Shown here: one piece after another, positions 36,948-47,650 of the stretch | Layout: the number at the start of each line of letters is the position of its first letter | Position numbering within the stretch: the first letter of the stretch is position 1 | Assembly: GCA_963664875.1 (NCBI GenBank) | Contig: OY761611.1 | Location: 3,008,001 to 3,072,000 of the forward strand | From: Candidatus Kapaibacterium sp. | Lineage (GTDB): Bacteria; Bacteroidota; Ignavibacteria; Kapaibacteriales; UBA2268 | Direction: 5' to 3' | Length of the DNA stretch: 64,000 nucleotides | Translations under genes and position numbers: made by a program | Notes under the pieces: generated by a model | Told to the model about the DNA's origin: nothing | Seen by the model: only the letters and a program-made list of their open reading frames with translations | Databases searched by the model: none

Positions 36948-39416
36948 ATGAGTAAGATTGGATTACTAATTATTGCACTTATGCTTTTGTCTCTGCAGTC
37001 CAAAGCACAAGATTTGCTTGAGAACAGTCTTAAAGAACAGCTCACAAGACAAATGAAGTTAGGTAATTACCAGACCGGTACAAAGTATATCATTGCTATA
37101 CCGCCTAACGAGACTGCAGCTTACGGTTGGTCGGATTCGGCTATTGAAATTTATATAGCCAGTGCTTTTGATGTTTCGCTTGAGCTCGATATCATGGGTA
37201 CAAAAAAGACTATAATGCTCAAAGGGGGTGATGTTTTTACCATAAATGACAGTGAGGATCTTTCATATACAGCTGCAGAATGTAGGGAGCCTAATACTGC
37301 TACTACAAAAACAATCACAATAGAAGCATCTAAGCCGGTTTCAGTCTATGTTTTGAATTCCAAGAATACCACAACAGATGGCTATATGGCGATCCCGGTT
37401 GAGCATTGGGGGAACGAATATCTGCACTGCTCATACTATGACAATTACGAATCTACCCAAAGCACTTTTTCTGGTGGCTTTTTGATACTTGGATCAGAAG
37501 ACAATACTAAAGTTCAAGTGAATCTCCGTGGCATAGGTGATAAAAATATTGCTACTTTACGAAAAGATGATACGAAGTCTATCGGGAATACATTTTCTGT
37601 AAAGATAAATGAAGGAGAAGTTTATCAAATCGAATCTGACGGACTTACCCGTGGTCAATTTGACTTGTCAGGCACTTTAATTAAATCAGACAAACCTATC
37701 GGAGTTGTGTCTTATCATCAAAGAACAGTTGTGCCAATTCTTGCAAGTTCAAGCCGCGATCACTTGTCATCTATGATGCAACCGCTAACAGCTCTAAGCA
37801 AGAAATATGCAGCCTTAGCTCTTAGCAGAAGCGGCTCGACTAAAGGTGATTTGTTTAGGATTATGGCAGTCGAAGAAAACACTTCTTATTCTGTCAAATG
37901 GTACGATTTGAATACCAAACAGCAATTGGGCAATTTGGATGGTGTTTTGCAAAATGCAGGAGACTTTGCAGAAATATCTGATGTGCTAAATGCCGATCCT
38001 ACAGCCAAGTCAATAACAGGTAGCTCTGTATTCGAAGCTGACAAACCTATAATGCTTATGCAATATTCTTACTCCTCCGCATGGGATGGTGCGGATTACG
38101 ATCCTTTTATGTGGAATGTAACAGGGGAGGAGCAATACCTTACTCAAACAATATTGCAGGCACCTCCTAATAAGTCTTTTGGGGAGAACCATCTTAACAT
38201 AATAGCAAAAGATATTTCCGGTGACCCGTCGCTACCAGGATTAAAAAGTTTAGAGTTTGACGGAACAAAAATCGTGGATAAAATGCCGTCTTTCTTATCA
38301 AACAAAATACCCGGAACAGATTTGTACTGGGCTCGATTCAAAATTGCACCGGGTGTTCATGAGATAAGCAGTAGCGGAGATGCAAAATTTGGAGCCTATA
38401 TATATGGATTTAAGTCAGTTGATAGCTACGGTTGGCCTGCGGCTATGGCGAGTGCAAACTTGGACCAAACAGATACAGTTCCTCCCGGAGTTGCAATAGG
38501 AGACTACCAAGGTAACGGGAAATGGACGATAAATGTAACAGAACAGGTAAATGGAATGTCAGATGCAGGAGCAAAAGCACAAGTGGACAGTAAAGTATGG
38601 ACTGAACCTGCTATGCTGATAAAAGATATTTCAGGTTATACTTCATATAACTTTAAGGAGCCATACACAGATACTGAATGGAAATATTCTGCTCATGACA
38701 ATTATTCTTTTAATCTCGAAGTAGAAAATAGGTACGAAGATGCAATTGCTTTCTTTGCAGTATATGATTATGTAGGTAATATCAGAATAGATTCAATCAG
38801 ATATCATGCAGATATGCTAACCTTACTTAGTGCCGCTGAAATGGACTTTGGGACAATCAAAGAAAATACAGAAAAGATAAATACTCTTGTTATTAAAAAC
38901 AGTGGTGGGACTGAGGCAGTGATAAATAAGCTATACTTACAGGACAATCTTGAGTTTACTATTCTTTCCGGAGACACTCCTTTACCATTCACTTTGCAGC
39001 CTCAGGAAGAACATGAGTTAAGAATCAAATATTATCCTACAAAAGTAAGTGACTTAGATGTAGATACATTGTTTGTTGAAACAAATGAACTGACATTCAC
39101 TTGGGGACTAAAAGGAACGGCAGATGATGGCACAGGCATAAATGATGATGAATATAACGAAAATCTGACAATAACACCAAATCCGATTGGTGCAGAGGAC
39201 TCAGAAATAGCATATATCTTACCGGAAGCAGGCAGCGTAGATATACGCCTTTATGATATGCAGGGTAAATTTATACAATCTATTTACTCAGGATATGCTA
39301 ATGCCGGAAAAAATACTGTTTCTTTCTCAAACTCAGGACTCAATTCGGGCAGCTATCTGCTTGTGTTGAAACAGGGAGATTACCTTGTGAAAATGACAGT
39401 AGTTGTCAATAAATAA
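36948..39416 (+). CDS. T9SS substrate with an IgGFc-binding N-terminal domain and an Ig-like (choice-of-anchor D-like) domain
   Basis: Signal peptide. Motifs TTDGYMAIPVEHWGNEY, DLSGTLIKSDKPIGV, AYIYGF...SYGWPA, MDFGTI. CTD: ITPNP...LYDMQG...LNSGSYLL. Confidence 0.85.
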   Translation: MSKIGLLIIALMLLSLQSKAQDLLENSLKEQLTRQMKLGNYQTGTKYIIAIPPNETAAYGWSDSAIEIYIASAFDVSLELDIMGTKKTIMLKGGDVFTINDSEDLSYTAAECREPNTATTKTITIEASKPVSVYVLNSKNTTTDGYMAIPVEHWGNEYLHCSYYDNYESTQSTFSGGFLILGSEDNTKVQVNLRGIGDKNIATLRKDDTKSIGNTFSVKINEGEVYQIESDGLTRGQFDLSGTLIKSDKPIGVVSYHQRTVVPILASSSRDHLSSMMQPLTALSKKYAALALSRSGSTKGDLFRIMAVEENTSYSVKWYDLNTKQQLGNLDGVLQNAGDFAEISDVLNADPTAKSITGSSVFEADKPIMLMQYSYSSAWDGADYDPFMWNVTGEEQYLTQTILQAPPNKSFGENHLNIIAKDISGDPSLPGLKSLEFDGTKIVDKMPSFLSNKIPGTDLYWARFKIAPGVHEISSSGDAKFGAYIYGFKSVDSYGWPAAMASANLDQTDTVPPGVAIGDYQGNGKWTINVTEQVNGMSDAGAKAQVDSKVWTEPAMLIKDISGYTSYNFKEPYTDTEWKYSAHDNYSFNLEVENRYEDAIAFFAVYDYVGNIRIDSIRYHADMLTLLSAAEMDFGTIKENTEKINTLVIKNSGGTEAVINKLYLQDNLEFTILSGDTPLPFTLQPQEEHELRIKYYPTKVSDLDVDTLFVETNELTFTWGLKGTADDGTGINDDEYNENLTITPNPIGAEDSEIAYILPEAGSVDIRLYDMQGKFIQSIYSGYANAGKNTVSFSNSGLNSGSYLLVLKQGDYLVKMTVVVNK

Positions 39417-39617
39417 AAAAAACGTGCTTGTTAAATCCAAATCGACAGAGAAGGCCACTGTTAAAATTATTTATCAGCGGTCTTTCTTGCATTTAGAGGA
39501 GATTTTGCTTATCATTCGCATCATTTTAAAACAAAAGATTATCATTTTTTTTATTAGTTTTGTTATAGGCATTTATGTTATACAGTCAGCACTTCCTGCG
39601 ATTTTCTCCGGAGTATA

Positions 39618-40832
39618 ATGAAATACTACAACAAAATAGCCTTAAAGTACATATTTTCGAGGAGCACATATCACTTTATTTCGATTATCACTAAAATATC
39701 GATGATTGGGATAACTGTTGGAGTCGCTGCCCTTATATGTGTAATGGCAATCATGGACGGATTCCAGGAATTAACAATAGAACAGATAGTAGGATTTGAC
39801 CCCCATGTAAGAGTTAGCGGAAGTGAGGAAGAGCTTTTAGAGCTTGAAAGTAATCTCAAAAGTGATAAACAGATAAACTCTATGGTGCTCAATAAAACAG
39901 GTAGAGTGGTTGCGGTTGGAAAAGATAAGTTGAATGTCTTCGAGATAGCAGCATTTCGTAGCGATAGTTCAGACTATTTTTATGGTATCAAAAATAATTT
40001 GAATTACGGCACATTTAGCTTCTACTCACGCGATGATTTGCCGGGCATAGTAATAGGTGTGGCTCTTGCTGATAAGATGAAAGTGCTCCCTGGCGATACT
40101 CTTTCGCTGTTTTCACCTGAGATAATAGAAAAGTCACTACTCAGTTACAGCAACCTAAAAGGTAAAAAATTCAGAGTAAGTGGCATTTTCCAAACAAATA
40201 TTAAAGACTATGATAGCCAGCTCGCCTTTACTTCATTCGATGGATTCGCAGGGCTTTACGGTAAGAAGTCGAACACTGTGTCGCTTGATATAAAATTATA
40301 CGACTTTAAACAGGCTACAGATAAGAAAACTCAGTGGCTACAGCAATATCCGAATCATTCGATTAAGACTTGGATTGACCTCAATAAAGCATTGTATGAT
40401 GTGATGAAGTTTGAGAAAGCGGCATCATTCCTTGTAATAGGTCTGATAATAATAATTGCAATATTTAATATATTGGCTTCTCTAACTATGTCTGTCATAG
40501 AAAAGCGTAAAGATATAGCAGTGCTTATGGCTATGGGGGCGGATGCAGGAGATATAAGAAAAATATTTCGGAATACAGGAATATTTATAGGAATTATTAG
40601 CTCAGTTGCAGGCAGTCTGCTTGGCATCGGATTGTGCATAGCCCAAGAGAAATTCAAATTATTTACAGTAAATTCAGGTCTATATTTTATAGACGCAATT
40701 CCGGTTTCTTTGAATTATTGGGATGTATTAGTCACTCTTATATTTACACTTTTGCTCTCGGCACTCGCTACTTATTTCCCTGCTCAAAGAGCCGCCACTA
40801 CTGATGTTGTTTCATCTTTTAGATCAGAGTAA
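39618..40832 (+). CDS. LolC/E-type ABC transporter permease
   Basis: Motifs IGITVGVAALICVMAIMDGF, VIEKRKDIAVLMAMGA, YFPAQRAA. Confidence 0.9.
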   Translation: MKYYNKIALKYIFSRSTYHFISIITKISMIGITVGVAALICVMAIMDGFQELTIEQIVGFDPHVRVSGSEEELLELESNLKSDKQINSMVLNKTGRVVAVGKDKLNVFEIAAFRSDSSDYFYGIKNNLNYGTFSFYSRDDLPGIVIGVALADKMKVLPGDTLSLFSPEIIEKSLLSYSNLKGKKFRVSGIFQTNIKDYDSQLAFTSFDGFAGLYGKKSNTVSLDIKLYDFKQATDKKTQWLQQYPNHSIKTWIDLNKALYDVMKFEKAASFLVIGLIIIIAIFNILASLTMSVIEKRKDIAVLMAMGADAGDIRKIFRNTGIFIGIISSVAGSLLGIGLCIAQEKFKLFTVNSGLYFIDAIPVSLNYWDVLVTLIFTLLLSALATYFPAQRAATTDVVSSFRSE

Positions 40833-40837
40833 TCTAT

Positions 40838-41698
40838 ATGCAACGTAATGTGAAAGTTTTGATATGGTCGTCCATACTTATCAATGCAGTTTTATTTGCA
40901 TTTAAGTACTTTGCCGGGATTATGGACAATTCCGTAGCGATAATCGCAGATGCTTGGCACTCTCTTTCTGATACGATGACTTCTGTAATAGTCTTGGTAG
41001 GCTTCAAAGTTGCTGCTATGCCACCTGACAAAGAACATCCTTTCGGACATGGAAGAGCTGAGTCAATTGCTGCAATTATGGTTGGTTCTGTATTAGGCAT
41101 GGTGGGGCTAAATTTTGCAATCGAATCCGGTTTGCGTTTGATGACCCAAGAGGTAACATATTACGGCAAGTTTAGTCTGTATGTCATATCGGCGAGTATA
41201 ATCATCAAAGAAGTGTTGGCACAGATTACCATTCGCATGGGTAAAAAGCTGAACTCACAGTCTCTTATTGCAGACGGCTGGCACCACAGGACAGATTCGA
41301 TTTCCTCCGCAATAATTCTTATAGGTGTAATTTTCGGTGGCATCGCTTGGTGGTTCGACGGCGTTGCAGGTTTAGGAGTCAGTATCATGATAATCTATGC
41401 TGCTTATGAAATTATAAAAGATACTATCGGCGGACTTTTAGGAGAAAAAGCTGATGCAAAAATGCTAACCGAAATTATCGAAATATCTGCAGGGATAGAT
41501 GTTAGAATCAGTTCTATCCACAACCTAAAGCTGCACAGTTATGGTGACCACAAGGAATTGAATTTAGACATCAGGCTTCCTGAATCAATGACTGTATTGG
41601 AAGCTCATAATATTGCGGATTCATTAGAGAGAGCAATTCATGACAAATATACTATGAAAGCTACAGTACATATCGAGCCGGGAATTATAAGAGAGTAA
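40838..41698 (+). CDS. Cation diffusion facilitator (FieF-like)
   Basis: Motifs ADAWHSLSD, PPDKEHPFGHGRAE, ADGWHHRTD, VHIEP. Confidence 0.93.
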   Translation: MQRNVKVLIWSSILINAVLFAFKYFAGIMDNSVAIIADAWHSLSDTMTSVIVLVGFKVAAMPPDKEHPFGHGRAESIAAIMVGSVLGMVGLNFAIESGLRLMTQEVTYYGKFSLYVISASIIIKEVLAQITIRMGKKLNSQSLIADGWHHRTDSISSAIILIGVIFGGIAWWFDGVAGLGVSIMIIYAAYEIIKDTIGGLLGEKADAKMLTEIIEISAGIDVRISSIHNLKLHSYGDHKELNLDIRLPESMTVLEAHNIADSLERAIHDKYTMKATVHIEPGIIRE

Positions 41699-41903
41699 TT
41701 CCTTTTAAAAAATTGTGATTAAAATAATACTATAACAATGCAAACTTTCCCAAAGCTTCAGATTTATAAATATGAAAGAAAAATCTCATACGATGCCGCT
41801 TAGCAATGTCCTCAGGTAACACTAAAATAATTTTACAAGTTTATGATTATAATTAAGTTGCATATTGTTCGTGTAATGAGCGAAATATTCTTTTTGGAGA
41901 GAA

Positions 41904-42725
41904 ATGGAAAAACTCATTCGCATAGCCCGCGAAAATGCTGAGCCAATCAATTTTCATGTTAGAAGCGGCAAAAAAGATAAAATGCCTTTGGTGATAGTGT
42001 CGCATGGATTCAAAGGATTTAAAGAGTGGGGATTTTTGCCGTATTTGTCAGAGCAGCTTGCCAAAGCAGGTGCTTTGGTATTTACTCAGGATTTTTCCTT
42101 AAACGGCATACTTGACCCGGTAACACGCACTTACGACATAGAAAAATTTTCAAAAAATACTATCTCCGTTGCACTTACAGATTTGCAATGCCTGATTGAA
42201 TATGCAAAACAACATTATAAAGACATATTTTCAGGTGAGGTTTATCTATTTGGTCATTCACTTGGTGGTGGCATTTCTATAGTCGCCGGCAGTAATTTCC
42301 CGGAAGTAACCAAGGTGGCAGTTTGGGGATCTATTTCAATATTCGATCGCTACTCACAACGCCAAAAAGAGATTTGGAAAAAACGTGGTGTGATGGAATT
42401 TAACGACCAAACGACAGGTGAAACATTTAAGATAGATATTTGTTATCTAAATGACTTAGAGGAACACGACACGGAATATGATATTCTGTCATGCATTGAA
42501 AAACTGGGGAAACCTTTGCTAATCCTGCATGGCACGACTGATGTAACAGTCCGGGCAGCAGAGGCAGAAAGAATGTACAATGCTTCAAATAAAAAATTGA
42601 CTAATTTAGTATTACAAGAAAAAACAAATCATACTTTTGGAGTTGTTCATCCGTTTACAGTAACAAATGAGCAGCTCGAAAAAGCAATCAAAATAACTTT
42701 GCAGTTTTTGGGATTAGATGAATAA
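41904..42725 (+). CDS. Alpha/beta hydrolase
   Basis: Motifs HGFKGFKEWG, GHSLGG (Ser), ILHGTTD (Asp), NHTF (His). Confidence 0.9.
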   Translation: MEKLIRIARENAEPINFHVRSGKKDKMPLVIVSHGFKGFKEWGFLPYLSEQLAKAGALVFTQDFSLNGILDPVTRTYDIEKFSKNTISVALTDLQCLIEYAKQHYKDIFSGEVYLFGHSLGGGISIVAGSNFPEVTKVAVWGSISIFDRYSQRQKEIWKKRGVMEFNDQTTGETFKIDICYLNDLEEHDTEYDILSCIEKLGKPLLILHGTTDVTVRAAEAERMYNASNKKLTNLVLQEKTNHTFGVVHPFTVTNEQLEKAIKITLQFLGLDE

Positions 42726-43128
42726 AATATTTGTCATATTTACAGTGCTTCTTATTTCCGGTTGCGAAGTATTTGTAATCGGAGCAAAAGAACAAAAGAG
42801 AGAGGTTATTGATTACAATCAAAAAACACCTCTTGGTGCTGTTTATCTATTTAAAACAGAGCTGGACAGCAATAATATCCCTGCAGCAACTCAGATTCTT
42901 GCCAATCCGAAAGGAGAAAAGTATCTCGCCATAGAGCAATATGAGATGTATGACGAGATTGCAAGAATCAACAGACTGATTGCACTGAAGCCTATTACTT
43001 CATACAAGCTCGATACATTGCCTGATAACCAGATGCGAATAAATATCGAACTTGACTACCTGAAGTACATGGGATTTACCACCCGCAAAATAGACGATTA
43101 TTGGTATATTGTCGGGTATATTGAATAA
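42718..43128 (+). CDS. Hypothetical lipoprotein
   Basis: Lipobox LISG-C. Overlaps the previous stop. Confidence 0.75.
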   Translation: MNKIFVIFTVLLISGCEVFVIGAKEQKREVIDYNQKTPLGAVYLFKTELDSNNIPAATQILANPKGEKYLAIEQYEMYDEIARINRLIALKPITSYKLDTLPDNQMRINIELDYLKYMGFTTRKIDDYWYIVGYIE

Positions 43129-43157
43129 TTTGCACAGAAACAAGTGAAAGGAAAAGC

Positions 43158-43472
43158 ATGGAAAAAATAAAGAAAGATTTTTTGATTTATACTGCCTTTT
43201 TACTATCTCGAGGCATCATTGTTGCCGGGAAAGTATTGGAAGCCTACAGCGAAGGCGACGTAATCATTTCGCGCGAAGATTTGCACAGGATAAAACAAAT
43301 TGTAGCTTCAGACACTAACTTTGCCGAAGCAGGAGAAAATTTTGTAAAATACCTGAAACATCTGATGGCAAATGAGACAGACCATCTGAAAAGGCACGAT
43401 CTAAAGCTGATGTACGACTTGATTTCAAACTTAAAATCAAACGTAAACTTTTCGCCTATTTCGATGAACTAA
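43158..43472 (+). CDS. Hypothetical protein (104 aa)
   Basis: aagga RBS, operonic position. Confidence 0.7.
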   Translation: MEKIKKDFLIYTAFLLSRGIIVAGKVLEAYSEGDVIISREDLHRIKQIVASDTNFAEAGENFVKYLKHLMANETDHLKRHDLKLMYDLISNLKSNVNFSPISMN

Positions 43473-43561
43473 AAAAATCTTACAACTTTGTTTGAACCAT
43501 ATCTTGTGCGATGTGTATAAGATATTGAAAGTGCAAAGCAAACCTTGAATAGAAAACATGG

Positions 43562-43606
43562 AAAGACTACCCACGGGTTAAACAGAACCGGGTAGTCTTT
43601 TTTTTT
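43562..43606 (+). terminator. Intrinsic terminator
   Basis: aaagactaccc...gggtagtcttt followed by a T-run. Confidence 0.8.
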
Positions 43607-43837
43607 AAGTAGATTCGAAATTATTTACCTCTTCGTATATGAATGCATTTGTTTGATACAAATTAGTAAAACATCTCTTTTCATAAAATTCTATTATAAA
43701 AAATAATCACTATATTATAAAATATGGGAAGATAATATTTGATAATTTTATATTATTATTTTATATTGTAGAAAATATTAAATCATTTTATTAAACAGGA
43801 TGTAAATTGACATCTATTGACTTCTTGGAGTGTTTTT

Positions 43838-44395
43838 ATGAAATTCATGATCTCTTTAGTTCTTATTATTCTTGTTGTGTTTAAGTTAGCAAATGCTCAG
43901 GACAATCGACAATCTCCAGCCGGAAACGATGATATCCTAGCTGTCCAGATGCTTATCAAAGATGACGTGGATAGAAATTATTTTGAAATCGTTCGCCTTG
44001 CAAGTAACTTAACTCCTGCACAAAAATCATTTATTTTTATGCAATACGAAAAATCCGGGGGTGTGCCATTTGTTCTTAATCTATTGGTAGGTTTAGGTAT
44101 TGGATCTTGGGTACAAGGTGATGTTGGTGGTGGACTGCTCGGCACCATAGGTGGATTAGGCGGATTTGCATTGATGCAGTCTGATGGTAGTACTGTGCAA
44201 CTGGGAGCATTGATATTTTTGAGTTCTTATGTTATAGATTTGATTCTACCATGGACTTACTCTTCAAGATACAATTCGAAACTTAGAAATGCACTGTCTC
44301 GCTCTTACTATGGTTCTATTAATTTTGCCCCAAGTTTTGGAGTAACCTCAACAAACAATGCTTTTGCAGGAGTCTCTGTTTCTTTGAGTTTCTAA
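43838..44395 (+). CDS. Borrelia P13-family porin-like protein
   Basis: Signal peptide ending ANA-Q. VPFVLNLLVGLGIGSWVQGDVGGG resembles the P13 core PFLLNLFLGFGIGSFAQGD (recalled). Also ILPWTY...YNSKL. Confidence 0.7.
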   Translation: MKFMISLVLIILVVFKLANAQDNRQSPAGNDDILAVQMLIKDDVDRNYFEIVRLASNLTPAQKSFIFMQYEKSGGVPFVLNLLVGLGIGSWVQGDVGGGLLGTIGGLGGFALMQSDGSTVQLGALIFLSSYVIDLILPWTYSSRYNSKLRNALSRSYYGSINFAPSFGVTSTNNAFAGVSVSLSF

Positions 44396-44478
44396 TTTTG
44401 CGAATAAGTCCTCGAAAAAAAAACATGTCAATGTAGAGTGTAAGTGTTTTTGATGGCTTTTCAAAAATAAAATATACC

Positions 44479-44521
44479 AAAAAAAACTCCCGGCAGCTAC
44501 TTCAGAACTACCGGGAGTTTT
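44479..44521. terminator. Terminator after ccoP (probably bidirectional)
   Basis: aaaactcccgg...ccgggagtttt. Confidence 0.8.
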
Positions 44522-44543
44522 ACTTATCTAATAACCTATTTTT

Positions 44544-45119
44544 TTAGTAATCGAATTTTTCACCTTGTGGTGCTTTAGGATTTGCAGGGTTTGTGCCGTG
44601 CAATGTTAGTATATAGCTTGCAACCTGCTCTATTTCTTCTTTTGACATCAAAGTTTTCCAAGAAATCATACCTTTGGAAGGTACACCCTGATGAATAACT
44701 TTAACTACATCAACCATTCTGTTGCCGTGTATCCAATAATCATCAGTAAGGTTAGGTCCTACCATACCTTCACCAGCCTGCCCATGGCAAGCAGCACATT
44801 TTTCGATAAATATTTTTTTGCCGCTACCTAAGCTGGCATCATCTGCAAGAGCTAACATATTTTCCTCAAACTCAGGGCCTTTGCCTGCATTAGCCGCAAG
44901 TAACTCAGCCTGCTTTTGTTCGAACTCTTTGTATTCCAATGCAAGCTCTTCTGACTGTGAAGCACCGATACCTGCAACATGGTAATACATCAGGTATGCA
45001 CCGGACCAGATAACACAAATAATAAAAAGAGCTACCCACCAAGGCGGTAGGGGATTGTCATATTCCAATATACCATCATAATTATGATCTAACAGCTTAT
45101 CTTCAGGTTCTTTAGCCAT
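44544..45119 (-). CDS. ccoP: cbb3-type oxidase subunit III (monoheme)
   Basis: Motifs DHNYDGILEYDNPLPPWW, CAACH, GPNLTD. Confidence 0.93.
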   Translation of the reverse strand: MAKEPEDKLLDHNYDGILEYDNPLPPWWVALFIICVIWSGAYLMYYHVAGIGASQSEELALEYKEFEQKQAELLAANAGKGPEFEENMLALADDASLGSGKKIFIEKCAACHGQAGEGMVGPNLTDDYWIHGNRMVDVVKVIHQGVPSKGMISWKTLMSKEEIEQVASYILTLHGTNPANPKAPQGEKFDY

Positions 45120-45312
45120 TTTGCTCTCCGTTATTAGTTAATACGGCATATTCTGATTTCTCCAAAGGAAGGTTTGCAACCTCATTAATATACTTTTTGT
45201 CCAATTTTACTACTATCCATGTTAGCCCAACAAAGAAAGCTACAAATAGAATCAGTGTAAAAATCGGAAAAAGATGTATATACTGCACATTGTCTAATAA
45301 ATGCTTAAACAT
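45112..45312 (-). CDS. ccoQ: cbb3-type oxidase subunit CcoQ
   Basis: Single TM, ANLPLE motif, lies between ccoNO and ccoP. Confidence 0.85.
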   Translation of the reverse strand: MFKHLLDNVQYIHLFPIFTLILFVAFFVGLTWIVVKLDKKYINEVANLPLEKSEYAVLTNNGEQNG

Positions 45313-45319
45313 AGTTCTG

Positions 45320-47467
45320 TTACTCCTTCACTTTGATATCAGTACCTAATCTCTGCAGGTAAGCGATAAGAGCCACTAACTGCTTATCTTTATCAATATT
45401 GATATTTGATTGTTTAAGTTCATCTACTATTTGCTGAGCTTGTTTCATCAAATCTTCGTTTGCTATCTTATCATAGTCTTTCGGATACGGTACACCAAGA
45501 GCAATCATAGCACCGATTTTGTTATCCGTCATGTCAAGGTCTATAGATTTTTCGGCTAACCAAGGATAGCGCGGCATCAATGACCCCGGAGACATTTTAG
45601 ATGGTTCAATCATGTGATAATAATGCCATGAGTGAGGGTATTTGCCGCCGACCCTGTGCAAATCAGGGCCTGTACGTTTAGAGCCCCATTGGAAAGGTCT
45701 GTCATAGATAAATTCTCCGGCTTTAGAATACTCTCCGTACCTCTCGACTTCGGAGCGGAAAGGACGCACCAACTGGGAGTGACAAGTATAGCAACCTTCG
45801 CTCACATAAATATCTCTGCCGTGTAGTTCCAGTGGAGTGTATGGCTTAACATTTGTGATTGTAGGAACGTTTGATTCAATCAAATACATAGGGACAATCT
45901 CGAATGCACCACCTACAAAAATCACGACAAATGTAGCTATGAACATAGGTACAGGTTTTCTTTCGAGCCATCTGTGTTTAAGCCCGCTTTTACTTTTGTA
46001 TTCAGCGGCAAGCGGAGCGGCTTTTGCTTCTGTATTAGCTTCGAAGCTGCCTGATTTAACTGTTTTGTAGATGTTAACACCCATCAAAACAACACCAAAT
46101 AAGTACAAAGCTCCGCCGAGTGAACGCATAACATACATTGGCACAAGCTGAAGCACTGTTTCAAGGAAGTTTGGATATTGCAACATACCGTCTGCTGTGA
46201 ATTGTTTCCACATTAGACCTTGAGTTACGCCAGCCCAATAAAGCGGTGCAGCATAAAGTATGATACCCATAAATCCAATCCAGAAGTGTGCGTTTGCTAA
46301 CTTCTTAGACCATAAATCTGTTTTATAAAGTTTAGGGATTAACCAATATAAAATACCGAATGTCAAAAATCCATTCCAACCCAAAGCACCTACGTGTACG
46401 TGTGAGATAGTCCAGTCGGTAAAGTGGGAAAGTGCATTTATAGACTTGATAGAAAGCATTGGTCCTTCAAATGTAGCCATACCATAAGCAGTAATTGCTA
46501 CAACCATAAATTTTAGGATAGGATCCTCTCTTACTTTATCCCAGGCACCTCTCAAAGTCAATAGTCCATTAAGCATACCACCCCAGGAAGGAGCAATAAG
46601 CATCACGGAGAAGACAGTACCGAGCGATTGAGCCCAATCCGGCAACGAAGAATAAAGAAGATGGTGAGGTCCTGCCCAAATATATAGGAATATCAGAGAC
46701 CAAAAGTGAATAATCGAAAGTTTATAAGAGTAAACCGGTCTGTCAGCAGCTTTTGGCAAATAATAGTACATAAGTCCCAGATAAGGAGTCGTAAGGAAAA
46801 ACGCAACAGCATTGTGTCCATACCACCATTGCACCAAGGCATCCTGTACACCTGCATAAACCGGATAAGAATGGAACCAGTCATAAGGCAATTCGAGCGA
46901 GTTGAATACGTGGAGTACCGTTACAGTAATCCATGATGCAATGTAGAACCAAATAGCCACATACATATGTCTTTCGCGTCGTTTGATTAGCGTCATCAAT
47001 AAGTTGATACCAAATACAACCCACACAACAGCTATTGCTAGGTCGATTGGCCATTCCAACTCGGCATATTCTTTGGATTGAGTGATGCCAAGAGGAAGAG
47101 TAATTGCCGCAGCGACAATGATACTTTGCCAGCCCCAAAAATGGAACCAGCTCATAAAGTCGTTATACATACGGGCTTTGGTAAGCCTTTGTAGTGAATG
47201 ATATACGCCCATAAAGATACAGTTACCTACAAAAGCAAAGATAACCGCATTAGTATGAAGTGGACGCAATCTGCTGAAAGTAATATACTCGATACCTAAA
47301 TCGAGAGAAGGAAAATACGCAGGAACGTATAACTGGAATGCGATAATGAGACCGACAAGCATGCCCACCAAGCCCCACAAGATAGTAGCCCAACCAAATG
47401 CTCTGACTATCCTATTATCGTAGTAAAACGTTTCCAGGTTTTGTGTTTGAGTAACATTTTCACTCAT
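45320..47467 (-). CDS. ccoN: cbb3-type oxidase fused subunits I/II (CcoN-CcoO)
   Basis: Motifs RLRPLHTNAVIFAF, QWWYGHNAVAF, WAGPHHL. CcoO part: EGCYTCHSQ, WGSKRTGPDL. Confidence 0.97.
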   Translation of the reverse strand: MSENVTQTQNLETFYYDNRIVRAFGWATILWGLVGMLVGLIIAFQLYVPAYFPSLDLGIEYITFSRLRPLHTNAVIFAFVGNCIFMGVYHSLQRLTKARMYNDFMSWFHFWGWQSIIVAAAITLPLGITQSKEYAELEWPIDLAIAVVWVVFGINLLMTLIKRRERHMYVAIWFYIASWITVTVLHVFNSLELPYDWFHSYPVYAGVQDALVQWWYGHNAVAFFLTTPYLGLMYYYLPKAADRPVYSYKLSIIHFWSLIFLYIWAGPHHLLYSSLPDWAQSLGTVFSVMLIAPSWGGMLNGLLTLRGAWDKVREDPILKFMVVAITAYGMATFEGPMLSIKSINALSHFTDWTISHVHVGALGWNGFLTFGILYWLIPKLYKTDLWSKKLANAHFWIGFMGIILYAAPLYWAGVTQGLMWKQFTADGMLQYPNFLETVLQLVPMYVMRSLGGALYLFGVVLMGVNIYKTVKSGSFEANTEAKAAPLAAEYKSKSGLKHRWLERKPVPMFIATFVVIFVGGAFEIVPMYLIESNVPTITNVKPYTPLELHGRDIYVSEGCYTCHSQLVRPFRSEVERYGEYSKAGEFIYDRPFQWGSKRTGPDLHRVGGKYPHSWHYYHMIEPSKMSPGSLMPRYPWLAEKSIDLDMTDNKIGAMIALGVPYPKDYDKIANEDLMKQAQQIVDELKQSNINIDKDKQLVALIAYLQRLGTDIKVKE

Positions 47468-47500
47468 AAAAACAACCCTAATTTTATATTTAATATGTAT

Positions 47501-47650
47501 CTATTTCTCGTCTCTTTCTTCGTTGAGTATTCTCAAAGAAGGAGTAAAAGTATCTTCAAACTGCCCAGATTTGGAAGCCCATATAAAAGCAGCCAAAAAC
47601 GAAACAGCTATGGCGATACTGACCAATATGAGAACAATAATAACTGACAT
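47501..47650 (-). CDS. ccoS: cbb3 oxidase maturation protein CcoS (not in the ORF track)
   Basis: Hand translation MSVIIVLILVSIAIAVSFLAAFIWASKSGQFEDTFTPSLRILNEERDEK*, with the FIWA..SGQFED signature. Confidence 0.9.
   Translation of the reverse strand: MSVIIVLILVSIAIAVSFLAAFIWASKSGQFEDTFTPSLRILNEERDEK

Noticed and set aside
39403-39618. 71-aa ORF between the IgGFc-binding gene and lolC/E
   Set aside because: It spans a terminator-like inverted repeat (~39447-39487) and promoter-like AT-rich DNA, with no RBS.
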